This document shows positions 26,771 through 41,255 of a stretch of 64,000 bases of DNA, piece by piece. A program made the position numbers and the translations under genes. Numbering within the stretch: the first letter of the stretch is position 1; each line of letters begins with the position of its first letter. Source of the stretch: Macrostomum lignano (Eukaryota). The notes beneath the pieces are model-generated. The model had not been told where the DNA came from and ran no database searches. It worked only from the letters and a program-made list of their open reading frames with translations. The DNA lies in the NCBI GenBank assembly GCA_002269645.1, contig NIVC01000474.1, positions 1 to 64,000 on the forward strand. The letters are read 5' to 3'.

Positions 26771-27182
26771 CAAATTTTTTAAAGTCGTTTTTAAAGTAAT
26801 GAGAATTTTATAGTGAATTTGACTTTTCTAACAATTCCTATAGCAAGCTTCATTCCATCTGTCAAACAAAGCGCAAATGCAACTACAAGCCAGCAAACAG
26901 AAATTCTCGTACTGCGCACACAATTGAATAATGCGTGGCGAATGAGAAACGAATCCATATTCATAATTCTTTATCGCTTTGCTTTGAGGCCGAGCCCTGC
27001 CCTGAGCTTCAAAGGATGCACGAAACGAAGGAAACAAAAAACTAAACTGGCCGGTTGACTGTAAGTTGAGGGCGGGGCCTGTGACTGCATCTGTGCGTGA
27101 CCGGCTGCTGGTGTACGGTTGCGAATCAGGGATCAATATCGAGATGTGAGCGAATTATACTTTTTAACAGAAACATTTTGCC

Positions 27183-27745
27183 TATCGGGTGTTTATTGCC
27201 ATAGACACCTTGCACTACCGGATGTTTATTGCCATAGACACCTAGCACTATGGGGTGTTTATTGCCATAGACACCTTGCACTATCGAATGTTTATTGCCA
27301 TAGACACATTGTACTATCGAGTGTTTATTGCCATAGACACATTGTACTATCGGGTGTTTATTGCCATAGACACATTGTACTATCGGGTGTTTATTGCCAT
27401 AGACACCTTGCCCAATCGGGTGTTTATTGTCATAGACACCTTGCACTATCGGGTGTTTATTGCCATAGACACCTTGCACTATCGGGTGTTTATTACCATA
27501 GACACCTTGCACTATCGGGTGTTTGTTGCCATAGACACGCTTGCACTATCGGGTGTTTATTGCCATAGACACATTGTACTATCGGATGTTTATTGCCATA
27601 GACACCTTGCACTATCGGGTGTTTGTTGCCATAGACACGCTTGCACTATCGGGTGTTTATTGCTATAGACACCTTGCACTATCGGGTGTTTATTGCCATA
27701 GACACATTGCACTATCGGGTGTTTATTGCCATAGACATAATGCAC
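27183..27745. repeat. 33-bp minisatellite (gcactatcgggtgtttattgccatagacacctt)
   Basis: About 17 copies. Confidence 0.95.
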
Positions 27746-28944
27746 TATTACACTGAAAGGCAGTTTTCCTATGAATAAAGCATGTATTTCAGTGTGGCTA
27801 TGTATTCTTGCCTGCATAATAACTATTAGCGAACTGTCAATTCAAAGTGTAGCTTAGCAGAAGAGCATAGGTATGATGATAATAATGAATATAAGAGCCT
27901 GATGCTTCTGCAGTCTCGAATATCCTCCCCAAGCCCTACCCACTCAGAATTCGCTAGCAGCTGAAATGCCTTGTCCGTTATAACCTGATCTCAGCTCCCA
28001 GCCTGGCGCTGGCTTTGTTGCCTACCCCACACCGGTAGAAATCCCTTTTTACAGACTGTCTCCCATGTCTCTCTCCCTTTTCTCCCCTTCTTCACGTCAG
28101 CGGCATTGTCGCAGTCGCAGTCCTTGAATAGAAGTGAGGAGAAGCCCTGTTCTCCTATACCGAATCGCGGATGAGGTTCGGGATAGACACAGCCAAAACA
28201 TTTCTGTAGTTCAAGCCTGAGTTCTTCAGCGCGGATGCAGATGCGCAGACTCAGCCCCCACCCATCCGCCTCAATCTGAGTCGCTGACAGGATAAGGATA
28301 GGGGTGGGCGCTCGATCCCCAAACCTACCCAGCACCGGCGCGGATTCAGTACCAAACCGAGCTGAGAGCAGTGCATCAATAGGAAGGCAGGCATTGATAT
28401 ACATATTTATTCCTTTTGGCTCCGTCGGTGGTTCCTCCTTTTTAGCTTGACGCGGATTCGAACACAGGGCCGAAGCCGGACAAAGGCCGCGGGCGCCAAA
28501 GAGATATTCAGGCTTTTTCGTCCACTGCTTTTCTTTTGCGACCCGAAACAAATAGAGAGACAGGGGGTGGGCGGCTGAAGGCAACCGGCCACGCGACAAC
28601 AAATTAAGCGCGTCTACCTGGTGCGCACAGAGGCGAGACAGCGTCGGAGGGGACTCCGACCCCAGCTGAGGGATCTCGAGAATCAATCAGGCGTGCGATA
28701 CGGTGGACGCTGGGATCGGGATTCTTAGGGGGGATAAATATCCTCATAAGGCTGGCCAAGACAGCGGGGAGCCGATTTGACACAGCCGCCCCCGTATTTC
28801 AATTTCGGCAAGATCTGAATCGGCAGAAAGAAGAAGCTCGGGAATCTACTGGGAACAGGTGAGACAACGAATTTCTGGCTTGCGACACGGTCAGGTCTTG
28901 TTGCTTTAATGAAGAGCTGTAGGGGCGTGCGGCTGTCTGTGTGT

Positions 28945-30672
<1,728 letters not shown>

Positions 30673-31214
30673 ACTATAGTTCAACCTGATCAGTATGGCA
30701 GAAGAAATTCCAAGCATTTCTGTCTTTCAGCCGATATCGAAAAGTTGTTGTCAAAGCGGATTGATTTCTCGTGTAAGAGGAGACCGCTGACCCCTGCTGC
30801 ACGGCAATAAACAGATCTTCAAGTGCCAGTTAGTGAAAATGAGCGCATATAGAAAGTTTGAGGAAGCATTTCAAGGCATTTGGGCTTCATTTGCAGGTTT
30901 ATGCAGGTCTAAGAGCGCTGGAACAGGTAAAAGCATTCATCCAGTGTATTTAGGCAGAACTGGAAGCGGCAAGCAAGAGTAGTCCAGGCTGTATTCGGCA
31001 ATGCTGTAGGCCACACACTGTACATGCGGACAGCCGAATAAGTCCATTTTTCTCGGTAGCTATTTTTCATTTTATCCATTAAAACGTATTTTTTAGGCCT
31101 ATTGGCTACGCCATTTTATACTCAGGAAAGTTATTCATTTCAATCGTTATGGCAAAAAAATTTAAGAAAATACAAGATGAAACCTCTTCGCAGGAGTTTT
31201 GGCACCCGAAAGAG

Positions 31215-31987
31215 GGCGCCCCTTGGATGGCGCTCCTTGGATGGCGCCCCTTGGCTGGCGCCCTTAGGATGGTGCCCCTTCGATGGCGCTCCTTGAATGG
31301 CGCCTCTTGGATGGCGCCCCTTGGATGGCGCCCCTTGGATGGCGCCCTTTGGATGGCGCCTTTAGGATGGCGCCCTTAGGATGGCGCCCCTTGGATAGCG
31401 CCCCTTGGATGGCGCCCCTTGGATGGCGCCCTTAGGATAGCGCCCCTTGGATGGCGCCCTTAGGATGGCGCCTTTAGGATGGCGCCCTTAGGATGGCGCC
31501 CCTTGGATGGCGCCCTTAGGATGGCGCCCCTTGGATGGCGCCCTTAGGATGGCGCCTTTAGGATGGCGCCCTTAGGATGGCGCCCCTTGGATGGCGCCCT
31601 TAGGATGTCGCCTTTAGGATGGCGCTTTTAGGATGGCGCCCCCTGGATAGCGCCCATTGGATGGCGCCCCTTTGATGGCGCCCCTTGGATAGCGCCCCTT
31701 GGATGGCGCCCTTAGGATGGCGCCTTTAGGATGGCGCCCCTTGGATAGCGCCCCTTGGATGGCGCCCTTAGGATGGCGCCTTTAGGATGGCGCTTTTAGG
31801 ATGGCGCCCCCTGGATAGCGCCTCTTGGATGGCGCCCCTTTGATGGCGCCCCTTGGATTGCGCTCCTTGAATGGCGCCCCTTGGATGGCGCCCTTAGGAT
31901 GGCGCCTTTAGGATGGTGCCCTTAGGATGGCGCCTCTTGGATGGTGCTCCTTGGATGGCGCCCTTAGGTTGGCGCCCCTTGGATGGC
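31215..31987. repeat. 14-bp minisatellite (ggatggcgcccctt)
   Basis: Tandem copies. Confidence 0.95.
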
Positions 31988-32676
31988 AAATAGAAAAAAG
32001 CGAATAGAAATTCTTATCTACAATAATTTTTAATCTGTTTGTTATTTAGTTATAATTTTAATTCGGTTTCGAATGCACAAGTGGGAGAAAGGGAGAGAGC
32101 ATTGCCTCCGATGAGCACGAACAGACAATTTTGTAGCAAAACAAAACTCGGAGATTCGAAGAAAGCTGCGGCCCCAGTGGAAGTGCGCTCGAGAAGGCCG
32201 GCCCTCCGTCTTGAGCTGCGCACTTCGTGCCAGTGCCGCGTGTGTCACGAAATGAGGTCTCCGTGAGAGGAGACAGCCGGAGTCACTGCAGGTTCTTCTT
32301 GTGCCGCCCAAAATTTCTAAATGAACAATTTAAGCTCAACCTGCAGTGTTGAATCGATTGGTGGGCCGCCACCTCTCGAGTGCTACGCATTTTTATTCGA
32401 GCCACTCGTTGAAAGAAAGAACACTGAGATACTGTCGGTTTCTAATAGACATATTCGATTTGCTTTGCAGGAAATTCCTTTATTGCCCTGAATGCTTGCA
32501 TGCAGACGCAAGTGATATTTTCTGGCTTTGGCGTGATATTTTTTGTCTCAATTTTAGGGAGCGCCGATCTGCGCAACAGAACTGCTTAAAGACACCGCAA
32601 CGAGGCAAGTGCGGCAGTAAGAGCGGCCACATCACGCCACAACAGATTGACTTTCCCTAGAGCGGATCCCACAGGT

Positions 32677-35600
32677 ATGCTTGCCTTCAGCACAGCCGGG
32701 CCAGTTGGTGCCTGCAGTTCCAGCAGTAGTAGCGGCTCAAATCCGGCTGCAGCGGCTGCTGCGGCGGCTGCTGCTGCGGCGGCGGCAGCTGCGGCAACCC
32801 AGAGGCAACTGTTGGCCATGGTGCAGAGGCCAGGGGCCACGGCCTCTGGAGGTGCGATTGAACAGCAGCAGCAACAGCAGGCAATCGCAGCAGCCGGGCA
32901 AATCCCAGCTCCGGCTCCAATGTCGTCGGTGGACAGCAGCTTCGACCTGATGGCCGGTCTGACAAGCCTGGACGCTGCCGCTCTGTACGCTGCTACAGGT
33001 CCGATGCCTTCACCTGCGACTTCTGCCTCAGCCGTGCTGTCTGCGACTGGACACCAATCAGCACTGCCCGTGGGATTCTACACTGAGTGAGATCCCTTCC
33101 TGTGTGTTTATGGGGATTCTGCACTGAGTGAGATCCCTTTCTGTGTGTTTATGGGGATTCTGCACTGAGTGAGATCCCTTCCTGTGTGTTTATGGGGATT
33201 CTAAACTGAGTGATATCCCTTCCTGTGTGTTTATGGGGATTCTGCACTGAGTGAGATCCCTACCTTTGTGTTTATGGGGATTCTGCACTGAGTGAGATCC
33301 CTTCCTGTGTGTTTATGGGGATTCTGCACTGAGTGAGATCCCTTCCTGTGTTTGTGGAGATTCTGCACTGAGTGAGATCCCTTCCTGTGTTTATGGGGAT
33401 TCTGCACTGAGTGAGATCCCTACCTTTGTGTTTATGGGGATTCTGCACTGAGTGAGATCCCTACCTTTGTGTTTATGGGGATATTGCACTGAGTGATATC
33501 CCTTCCTGTGTGTTTATGGGGATTCTACACTGAGTGATATCCCTTCCTGTGTGTTTTTGGGGATTCTACACTGAGTGAGATCCCTTCCTGTGTGTTTATG
33601 GGGATTCTGCACTGAGTGAGATCCCTACCTGTGTGTTTATGGGGATTCTACACTGAGTGAGATCCCTTCCTCTGTGTTTATGGGGATTCTACACTGAGTG
33701 AGATCCCTTCCTGTGTGTTTATGGGGATTCTGCACTGAGTGAGATCCCTTCCTGTGTTTATGGGGATTCTGCACTGAGTGAGATCCCTTCCTGTGTTTAT
33801 GGGGATTCTGCACTGAGTGAGATCCCTTCCTGTGTGTTTATGGGGATTCTGCACTGAGTGATATCCCTTCCTGTGTTTGTGGGGATTTTGCACTGAGTGA
33901 GATCCCTACCTTTGTGTTTATGGGGATATTGCACTGAGTGATATCCCTTCCTGTGTGTTTATGGGGATTCTGCACTGAGTGAGATCCCTTTCTGTGTATG
34001 AGGATTCTGTTCATAGGGTGAGTGTCCATAGGGAGAGTGTCTATAGGGTGAGTGTCTATAATAAGGTGAGTGTCTATATGGTGAGTGTCTATAGGGTGAG
34101 TGTCTATAGGATGTCTATAGGGTGAGTTTCCATAGGGAGGGTGTCTATAGGGAGACTGTCTAAAGGGAGAGTGTCTATAGGGTGAGTGTCTAAAGGGTGA
34201 GTATCTATAGGGAGAGTGTCTATAGGGTGAGTGTCTAAAGGGTGAGTGCCTATAGGGTGAGTGTCTATAGGGTGAGTGTCTATAGGGTGAGTGTCTAAAG
34301 GGTGAGTGTCTATAGGGTGAGTGTCTATAGGGTGAGTGTCTATAGGGTGAGTGTCTAAAGGGTGAGTGTCTAAAGGGTGAGTGTCTAAAGGGTGAGTGCC
34401 TATAGGGTGAGTGTCTATAGGGTGAGTGTCTAAAGGGTGAGTGTCTAAAGGGTGAGTGCCTATAGGGTGAGTGTCTAAAGGGTGAGTGTCTATAGGGAGA
34501 GTGTCTAAAGGGTGAGTGTCTATAGGGAGAGTGTCTATAGGGAGAGTGTCTATAGGGTGAGTGTCTAAAGGGTGAGTGCCCATTACTTCGGGTAAAAATT
34601 AGCTATTTACTGTTGACATGAACTTCGACAAGCAATTTGCGTTCTCAATGCTGCTTTCCGTATTTCCTCTAAACAACAGCAAAAAGTGACTTTGCTTCAA
34701 CAGCTCGGCCGTTTAAACAAAATATAATCACCGTCTTAAACGAACCACGTACTCCGAGGGAGAACTCAGCAAAGAAGTTTCAATAAGAGCAACCTTATCC
34801 CCTGAAACAGGCTCCCCCCACCCATCTGCTTGCCTTCGCTGGCCAGGCAACCAAAAACCACAGGCCGCACCCTTTTTGAAAGCACTCTGGGGCTCTGGAA
34901 AAGCATGGAATCATAATTTTCGTCTAAAATATCAAAAATAAAATAGATGCAATCTTAAAAGTGTCAAATGCATTTCATTATGAAGCAAAATGGATGAAAG
35001 CTTTCTGACCGCCCTTTTGAGCCTTCCAATGCTAGCTATACCCCCCCCCCCACATCATGCCCCTCACTCGCCTCACTCCCTGCCTCTCACCCACCTCACT
35101 CCCCTGCTCCTCACCCACCTCACTCCCCTGCTCCTCGCCCACCTCACTCCCCTGCCCTACATCTCACTCCCCTGCCCTACATCTCACTCCCCTGCCCTAC
35201 ATCTCACTCCCCTGCCCTACATCTCACTCCCCTGCCCTACATCTCACTCCCCTGCCCTACATCTCACTCCCCTGCCCTACATCTCACTCCCCTGCCCTAC
35301 ATCTCACTCCCCTGCCCCTCATCCACCTCACTCCCCTGCTCCTCGCCCACTTCACTCTCCTGCCCATCACCCACCTCACTCCCCTGCTCCTCACCCTCCT
35401 CATTCTCCTGCTCCTCATCCATCTCACTCCCCTGCCCTACATCTCATTCCCCTGCCCTACATCTCACTCCCCTGCCCCGCACCCACCTCACTCCCCAGCC
35501 CCACACCTCACTCCTTAAACATTCTAAGTGCCACCAGATCAAGCCGTCCAAAGCCGCTACACTGCATTTCAGCCGGGAGATTCGCGAAAAATGGGACGCG

Positions 35601-38600
35601 GAGTTTCTGCGCCAGCGTTGCCAGCTGATCGCTGCGCTCAGTCGCAGCCTCGAATACTTCACGGAGGGCATCATCTGGAGCGAGTCGACCGCCAGCTTGG
35701 GCCTCATGGACGACGCTATGGAGGCAAAAATTCGTGCCCTGACGGACGGACTGCCGCCTCAAGGCAGCTACGGCAGCATGTGGCACACACCTGCGCCCCT
35801 GACGCAACAGGTGCTGGTGCCGCAGCTGCTGCCGCACGCCAACTTGGTGGTGCAGCAGTCGGTGTTAATCCAACTATCAATCATCGGATATTCTTTCTAC
35901 GATGGTGCCAAAGTTCGGTTCAGGTGTTCGGTAAGGCTGTTTCTGATAGTAAAACTTTTGAAAGTGCTCTTGATAAGGTGCTGATAAAATATTGTTATCT
36001 TCAGTCATTCGCTCGTATCTACGAGTAAGCTCTTATTGGTTCATTCAGAAAAATTTCCGAAAATTGAACAATTTTCGCACAATTTTAGGCAGTTTTGACT
36101 CGCCTGATAACAAGGTAAACGGAGTAATTAACTTTGGTTTATAGTCCAGGAAGGAAAAGGACGTTTGTTGAAAATTCTTAGTCACCCTGTCACTAGATAC
36201 CGAACGCTTACTTCGCAATACTTGCGTAAAAGGGTGCATGAAAAAGTGCCACTAATTCTAATCTTTATTTTCTCATACGCAAACACAGACTTGTGACGTT
36301 GTTTTTAAATTCCAATAAAACTTCTGAGCCACTGTGGATCGGATGCGTCCATCTAGCCACATTTCAGTTGAATGAATTTTCTGTGGAACTGTTGAGAGGT
36401 GGCCCTTCATTATAAATCCAGTTAGCCTCGATGTGCATGAAGTGAGGTGGGTGCAGGGAGTGAGGTGGGTGCAGGGAGTGAGGTGGGTGCAGGGAGTGAG
36501 GTGGGTGCAGGGAGTGAGGTGGGTGCAGGGAGTGAGGTGGGTGCAGGGAGTGAGGTGGGTGCAGGGAGTGAGGTGGGTGCAGGGAGTGAGGTGGGTGCAG
36601 GGAGTGAGGTGGGTGCAGGGAGTGAGGTGGGTGCAGGGAGTGAGGTGGGTGCAGGGAGTGAGGTGGGTGCAGGGAGTGAGGTGGGTGCAGGGAGTGAGGT
36701 GGGTGCAGGGAGTGAGGTGGGTGCAGGGAGTGAGGTGGGTGCAGGGAGTGAGGTGGGTGCAGGGAGTGAGGTGGGTGCAGGGAGTGAGGTGGGTGCAGGG
36801 AGTGAGGTGGGTGCAAGGAGTGAGGTGGGTGCAAGGAGTGAGGTGGGTGTGCGGACTGAGGAAGATGTTAATAAGCAAACGATGGAATCGTTAGGCTTCA
36901 GATCTCAGAAACGAGTTGTCAGGAATGCCTCTCACGGACATGCGGCTGGATTGGCGATCTTCAGAGGGCTTCGTAACACAGACAGGATTCGTCATTTTAA
37001 TTCCTTCTGTCCGGATAGTCAGATATTTAGCATTGTTTTGTATATCCTGTTTTTCGAAACTTTCTCTATCTTTATCGACTAGATAAATACGAAGTAAGTA
37101 CGCAAAAATTAATCGGCATATCTTTGGTTGACCGATCCGTTCTAACCCGTTCATATGTTGTTCAAATGGTTGGAACTGCAGTTGTCGCTGTTAGTAGTAT
37201 GTTTTCTTTGCTAATTTAGAATCAGCTTAGAGATGCTCTAAGCTCTAAACTATTTCTTGCACCAATAGTATAAACTTGGCCCTCAACCTAACGACCTGAT
37301 CATCTCCGCCCCGACCACTGAGTTTTTTTACCCAGGCAGCATTGTTGAATTGCTGGGCAATGGACTTCCGGATGATCATTCCGCGGTCAACAGTTTTTTG
37401 CGACCATATTAAAATAATTAGATGGAGGCAACATCAAAGTTTTTTTTTCTAGGATCATTCACGCGACTACGCTGGCGAGTCCCGTGACTCACGCAATTCC
37501 TAGCCCGTCCCGTGACTCATTCATTTCTTACCCAAGGACAACTGAAGTAGTAGGACGCAACACTCGCGTATCGTGTAATTTTTATTGGAGGCCTGGTCTT
37601 CACATATATGTAATTTTCGACTAGTTGCACGTAGAAAGCTAATTCTTTCGGTGTTAGGTCCAGAATTTTGTTTTTCGTTAAAATGTCAGTAATAAAATAG
37701 TAGACTACATGTATAAGCAGCGTACAGTTAAGTAGAGTGAAAACAACGCAATTTCGTGCAATTTAAAATTTACAATTCCTGTCACAATTCCTGGTCAATT
37801 GCGAAAACGATTTTTTAGTTTGTAAACTAATAATCTCATTAAGCAAGTGTAAAATAAAACAGTTTATGTATTTTAGAAAATTTCACTGTCAAATGCCATT
37901 TGTTTATTATTACGAGTATCAAAAAAGTGAATAAATTTTTGGCTTGCGTTAGAGTGAGACAAAACGGAAAACAAAAAAACTGATGAAAAACAATAGCAAA
38001 CTCGACAAAGCATCTGCGACGAAGCAGAAATTTACCTGAAGGACCTGGATCTGGATCTATAATAAGTATAAAAAATTTGCTTTGTAAACATGGTCTCTTG
38101 TTGACATTTGTGATATAAAGAAACATTGTTTGTCAGCAAAAAAGAAAACAAGAAAACCAGTATTTCACAAATCCAAATTAAAAAATGCATATTGTTATTG
38201 GCCATTAAAGGAACGTGGTATAATTATTTTAATTAGTAGGTGAAGTCAGCTTATCAAGTTTAGTAAGAAATGAAAACCTGAATGATTTATTACAACACAC
38301 ACAGTCCTGTGCTCTATTTGTAGCGGTCGAATCCTAGGCTTATGTACGTAGAACTTTATACGGCTTACGGGCCTCCAAAAAAATTTCCACGAAAGCTGAC
38401 TGTCGCGTCCTATATATAACGTAACTTCAGTTGTCCTTGTTCTTACCCCGTCCCGTGACTCACTCAATTCCTACCCCGTCCTGTGACTCACTCAATTCCT
38501 ACCCCGTCCTGTGACTCACTCAATTCCTACCCGTCCCCTGACTCACTCAATTCCTAGCCCGTCCCGTGACTCACTCAATTCCTACCCCGTCCCGTGACTC

Positions 38601-39985
38601 ACTCAATTCCTACCCCGTCCCGCGACTCACTCAATTCCTACCCCGTCCTGTGACTCACTCAATTCCTACCCCGTCCCGCGACTCACTCAATTCCTAGCCC
38701 GTCCCGTGACTCACTCAATTCCTACCCGTCCCGTGACTCACTCAATTCCTAGCCCGTCCCGTGACTCACTCAATTCCTACCCCGTCCCGCGACTCACTCA
38801 ATTCCTAGCCCGTCCCGTGACTCACTCAATTCCTACCCCGTCCCGCGACTCACTCAATTCCTAGCCCGTCCCGTGACTCACTCAATTCCTAGCCCGTCCC
38901 GTGACTCACTTAATTCCTACCCGTCCCCCGACTCACTCAATTCCTACCCCGTCCCGTGACTCACTCAATTCCTACCCCGTCCCGCGACTCACTCAATTCC
39001 TAGCCCGTCCCGTGACTCACTCAATTCCTAGCCCGTCCCGTGACTCAATCATTTTCTACCCCGTCCCATGACTTCGGGGGGAGTGGCTGCCTCGACTGGA
39101 TTATCTGGGCGCTGGAAATACTTAATCGAAAAGAAACTAAAATTTTCTAAATCTAAATTTCTCTTTTTTATAAATAATTAATGCAACAAACAATTCGCAG
39201 CAATGCCCTAAGGAGTGGACTTCGATGAAGGGCCGGATCGTGTTCCACCTGTTCAGGCTGGAGGGCGCCACGCCTCTGCTGGATCCGCAGACCAGCGAGG
39301 TGCTGCTGCCAAGAGGGTACAGCCTGTACTTTCGGCTATTCAAACAGCAGTGCCACGAGACCAAGGGCCACCGGCAGGGAGAGCACACTGTGTTTGAGGA
39401 GCCACAGTGGTATCCTGAAGAAATTGAAAAGGTAAACTCTGGTTCTGAGGAGCCTGCGAACCTGGGAAGTGACTCTGCGAGTGACTCTGCGAGTGACTCT
39501 GCGAGTGACTCTGCGAGTGACTCTGCGAGTGACTCTGCGAGTGACTCTGCGAGTGACTCTGCGAGTGACTCTGCGAGTGACTCTGCGAGTGACTCTGCGA
39601 GTGACTCTGCGAGTGACTCTGCGAGTGACTCTGCGAGTGACTCTGCGAGTGACTCTGCGAGTGACTCTGCGAGTGACTCTGCGAGTGACTCTGCGAGTGA
39701 CTCTGCGAGTGACTCTGCGAGTGACTCTGCGAGTGACTCTGCGAGTGACTCTGCGAGTGACTCTGCGAGTGACTCTGCGAGTGACTCTATGCTTTTCGCT
39801 TCTAGGTGCTGTACAACGTGTTCTGGCGCATCGGCCAAACCCTGTACAAGGTGAGCATCGGGGACAAGACTGTGCAGATGTGGCGCCGAGCTGGCAATCC
39901 GAGCCAGAAGCACGACAAGAGCAGCTGCCAGGCCTGCCAGCAGGGCTTCTGCCAGGGCAAGGCAGCCCCGGCTCCCACTAACTAA
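32677..39985 (+). CDS. 3CxxC-type zinc-binding protein (receptor-transporting protein/RTP family), ~392 aa; exons 32677..33086, 35573..35930, 39201..39431, 39806..39985
   Basis: Spliced frame reads ...FYDGAKVRFRCS|QCPKEWTSMKGRIVFH...FRLFKQQC...FEEPQWYPEEIEK|VLYNVFWRIG...KHDKSSCQACQQGFC, matching the zf-3CxxC pattern. GT-AG introns with phases 2, 0, 0; total 1179 nt. The start and exon 1 are less certain. Confidence 0.82.
33072..34000. repeat. 39-41-bp minisatellite (gggattctgcactgagtgagatcccttcctgtgtgtttatg) that begins inside exon 1 of the RTP-like gene
   Basis: About 23 copies; the first copy spans the exon/intron junction. Confidence 0.95.
34015..34582. repeat. 15-bp minisatellite (gtgtctatagggtga)
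   Basis: Tandem copies. Confidence 0.95.
35050..35512. repeat. ~20-bp C-rich minisatellite (ctcactcccctgccctacat / cacccacctcactcccctg)
   Basis: Tandem copies. Confidence 0.9.
36440..36850. repeat. 18-bp G-rich minisatellite (gggagtgaggtgggtgca)
   Basis: About 23 nearly identical copies. Confidence 0.95.
37533..38439. mobile_element. Non-autonomous DNA transposon (hAT- or P-like), 907 bp
   Basis: Termini caaggacaactgaag / cttcagttgtccttg (15-bp perfect inverted repeat, imperfect for ~60 bp); perfect 8-bp TSD ttcttacc at 37525-37532 and 38440-38447; no recognisable transposase inside. Confidence 0.85.
38440..39072. repeat. 27-28-bp minisatellite (cccgtcccgtgactcactcaattcctag); first copies at 37480..37532 are separated from it by the transposon
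   Basis: Tandem copies on both sides of the insertion. Confidence 0.93.
39469..39788. repeat. 12-bp minisatellite (gtgactctgcga) filling RTP-like intron 3
   Basis: About 26 perfect copies. Confidence 0.95.
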
Positions 39986-40139
39986 TTGAAAACTTTACGG
40001 CTTAGACTTTGGTACTTTTGCAGTTTTTGATGCACGATATGCTGAAATAGAGAAGACAGCTGGAGAAGAGTCATTGGACTACAATACTCATAGAAATGGA
40101 GTAGAGACAGATGGCCCTTAATGAGGGGCGAATAGAAAT

Positions 40140-40390
40140 GAGGTGGGTGTCAGGCTAGAAATTTTACCAGCCAATCAGCGCGTGCCTACTTTGAGCGACG
40201 GGGTATAGAGATAACAGTTGATAAAAGCGTTGAACAGGGTAGGGGGTGCTGGAATTGAGGTGGGTGTCAGGCCAGAGATTTCACCAGCCAATCAGCGCGT
40301 GCCTACTTTGAGCGACGGGGTATAGAGATAACAGTTGATAAAAGCGTTAAACAGGGGGCGCTGAGATTTCACTATCTTATCAGCGCGCGC
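40140..40390. repeat. ~117-bp tandem duplication (two copies plus a degenerate partial) containing ccaatcagcgcg
   Basis: gggtgtcagg recurs at 40145 and 40262 with near-identical downstream sequence. Confidence 0.8.
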
Positions 40391-41255
40391 CACATTAAAA
40401 CGAGATGGCTATCGACAAAAAGGCTGGATACGAGCTATAACATGCTGAGACTGTAAGGCGAACTAATATTAAACAAACACTCGTCTAAAACCTTCATGAT
40501 GCGCCTTCGTGGCTCGAACACTCCAAATACTAAGCTCGCTTTTTTACAAAACCAAGGTAATCATTCAGATCCGGCTAGCTAGGACATTCGATATAACATA
40601 TTATGATATTATATTTACAGGTGGCTACAATTCTCTCTAAAAATACTACTCAACAAATTTCCGATTTAGTAGCGTAGCAAGAACATGCGTACGACATTCC
40701 CTTAATTTAAATTTTCTTTCCAGTCAACAGTGAACTCGCTACTAAGAAGCTTCGTTATTCTATTGTTTTTACTTAAAAAAGCAGTGTGAATCTGACAATT
40801 TTTTTACGCTTTTGTTGTCTATCTAACAAATTATAGTCTAGCTATCTTACACATTTATTTATATTTCTAATCATTTCTGAAAGCACTTTTCCTTAAGTTG
40901 GTGTCGGTCTGATCGATAATAAATATTTTAAGAATTAATTACCACCTCTATAATTTGCTTCCCTCGACTTCTTGCGTCGCTGCTCACATGAAACTTTATC
41001 GTTATAAACCGTTATGCTACTATTAAATATATTAAATATACTTACAGGCTGTGAAGTCTATTAACTAGCGACAGAATCAACTGTGTGCAAACGAAAAAGT
41101 TTTACATTTTTTACCTCCTTTATCTGGGATTGATGGAGATTAATGGATAATTTCTCATCTCGAAGGTAAACGACTTTCCAAATCCGATCTCCTTAATGCA
41201 TTTGTCTCGTCCCAAGGCTGTCTGCGGTAGAACATCATTATTTAATGAGGAGTGC

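Noticed and set aside
27183-27745. 33-bp array derived from the Tc1 TIR unit (shared gccatagaca)
   Set aside because: Only 10 nt are shared, which is compatible with chance in a window this size.
37839-38126. ORF inside the 907-bp element as a transposase remnant
   Set aside because: AT-rich with no hAT or P transposase motif.
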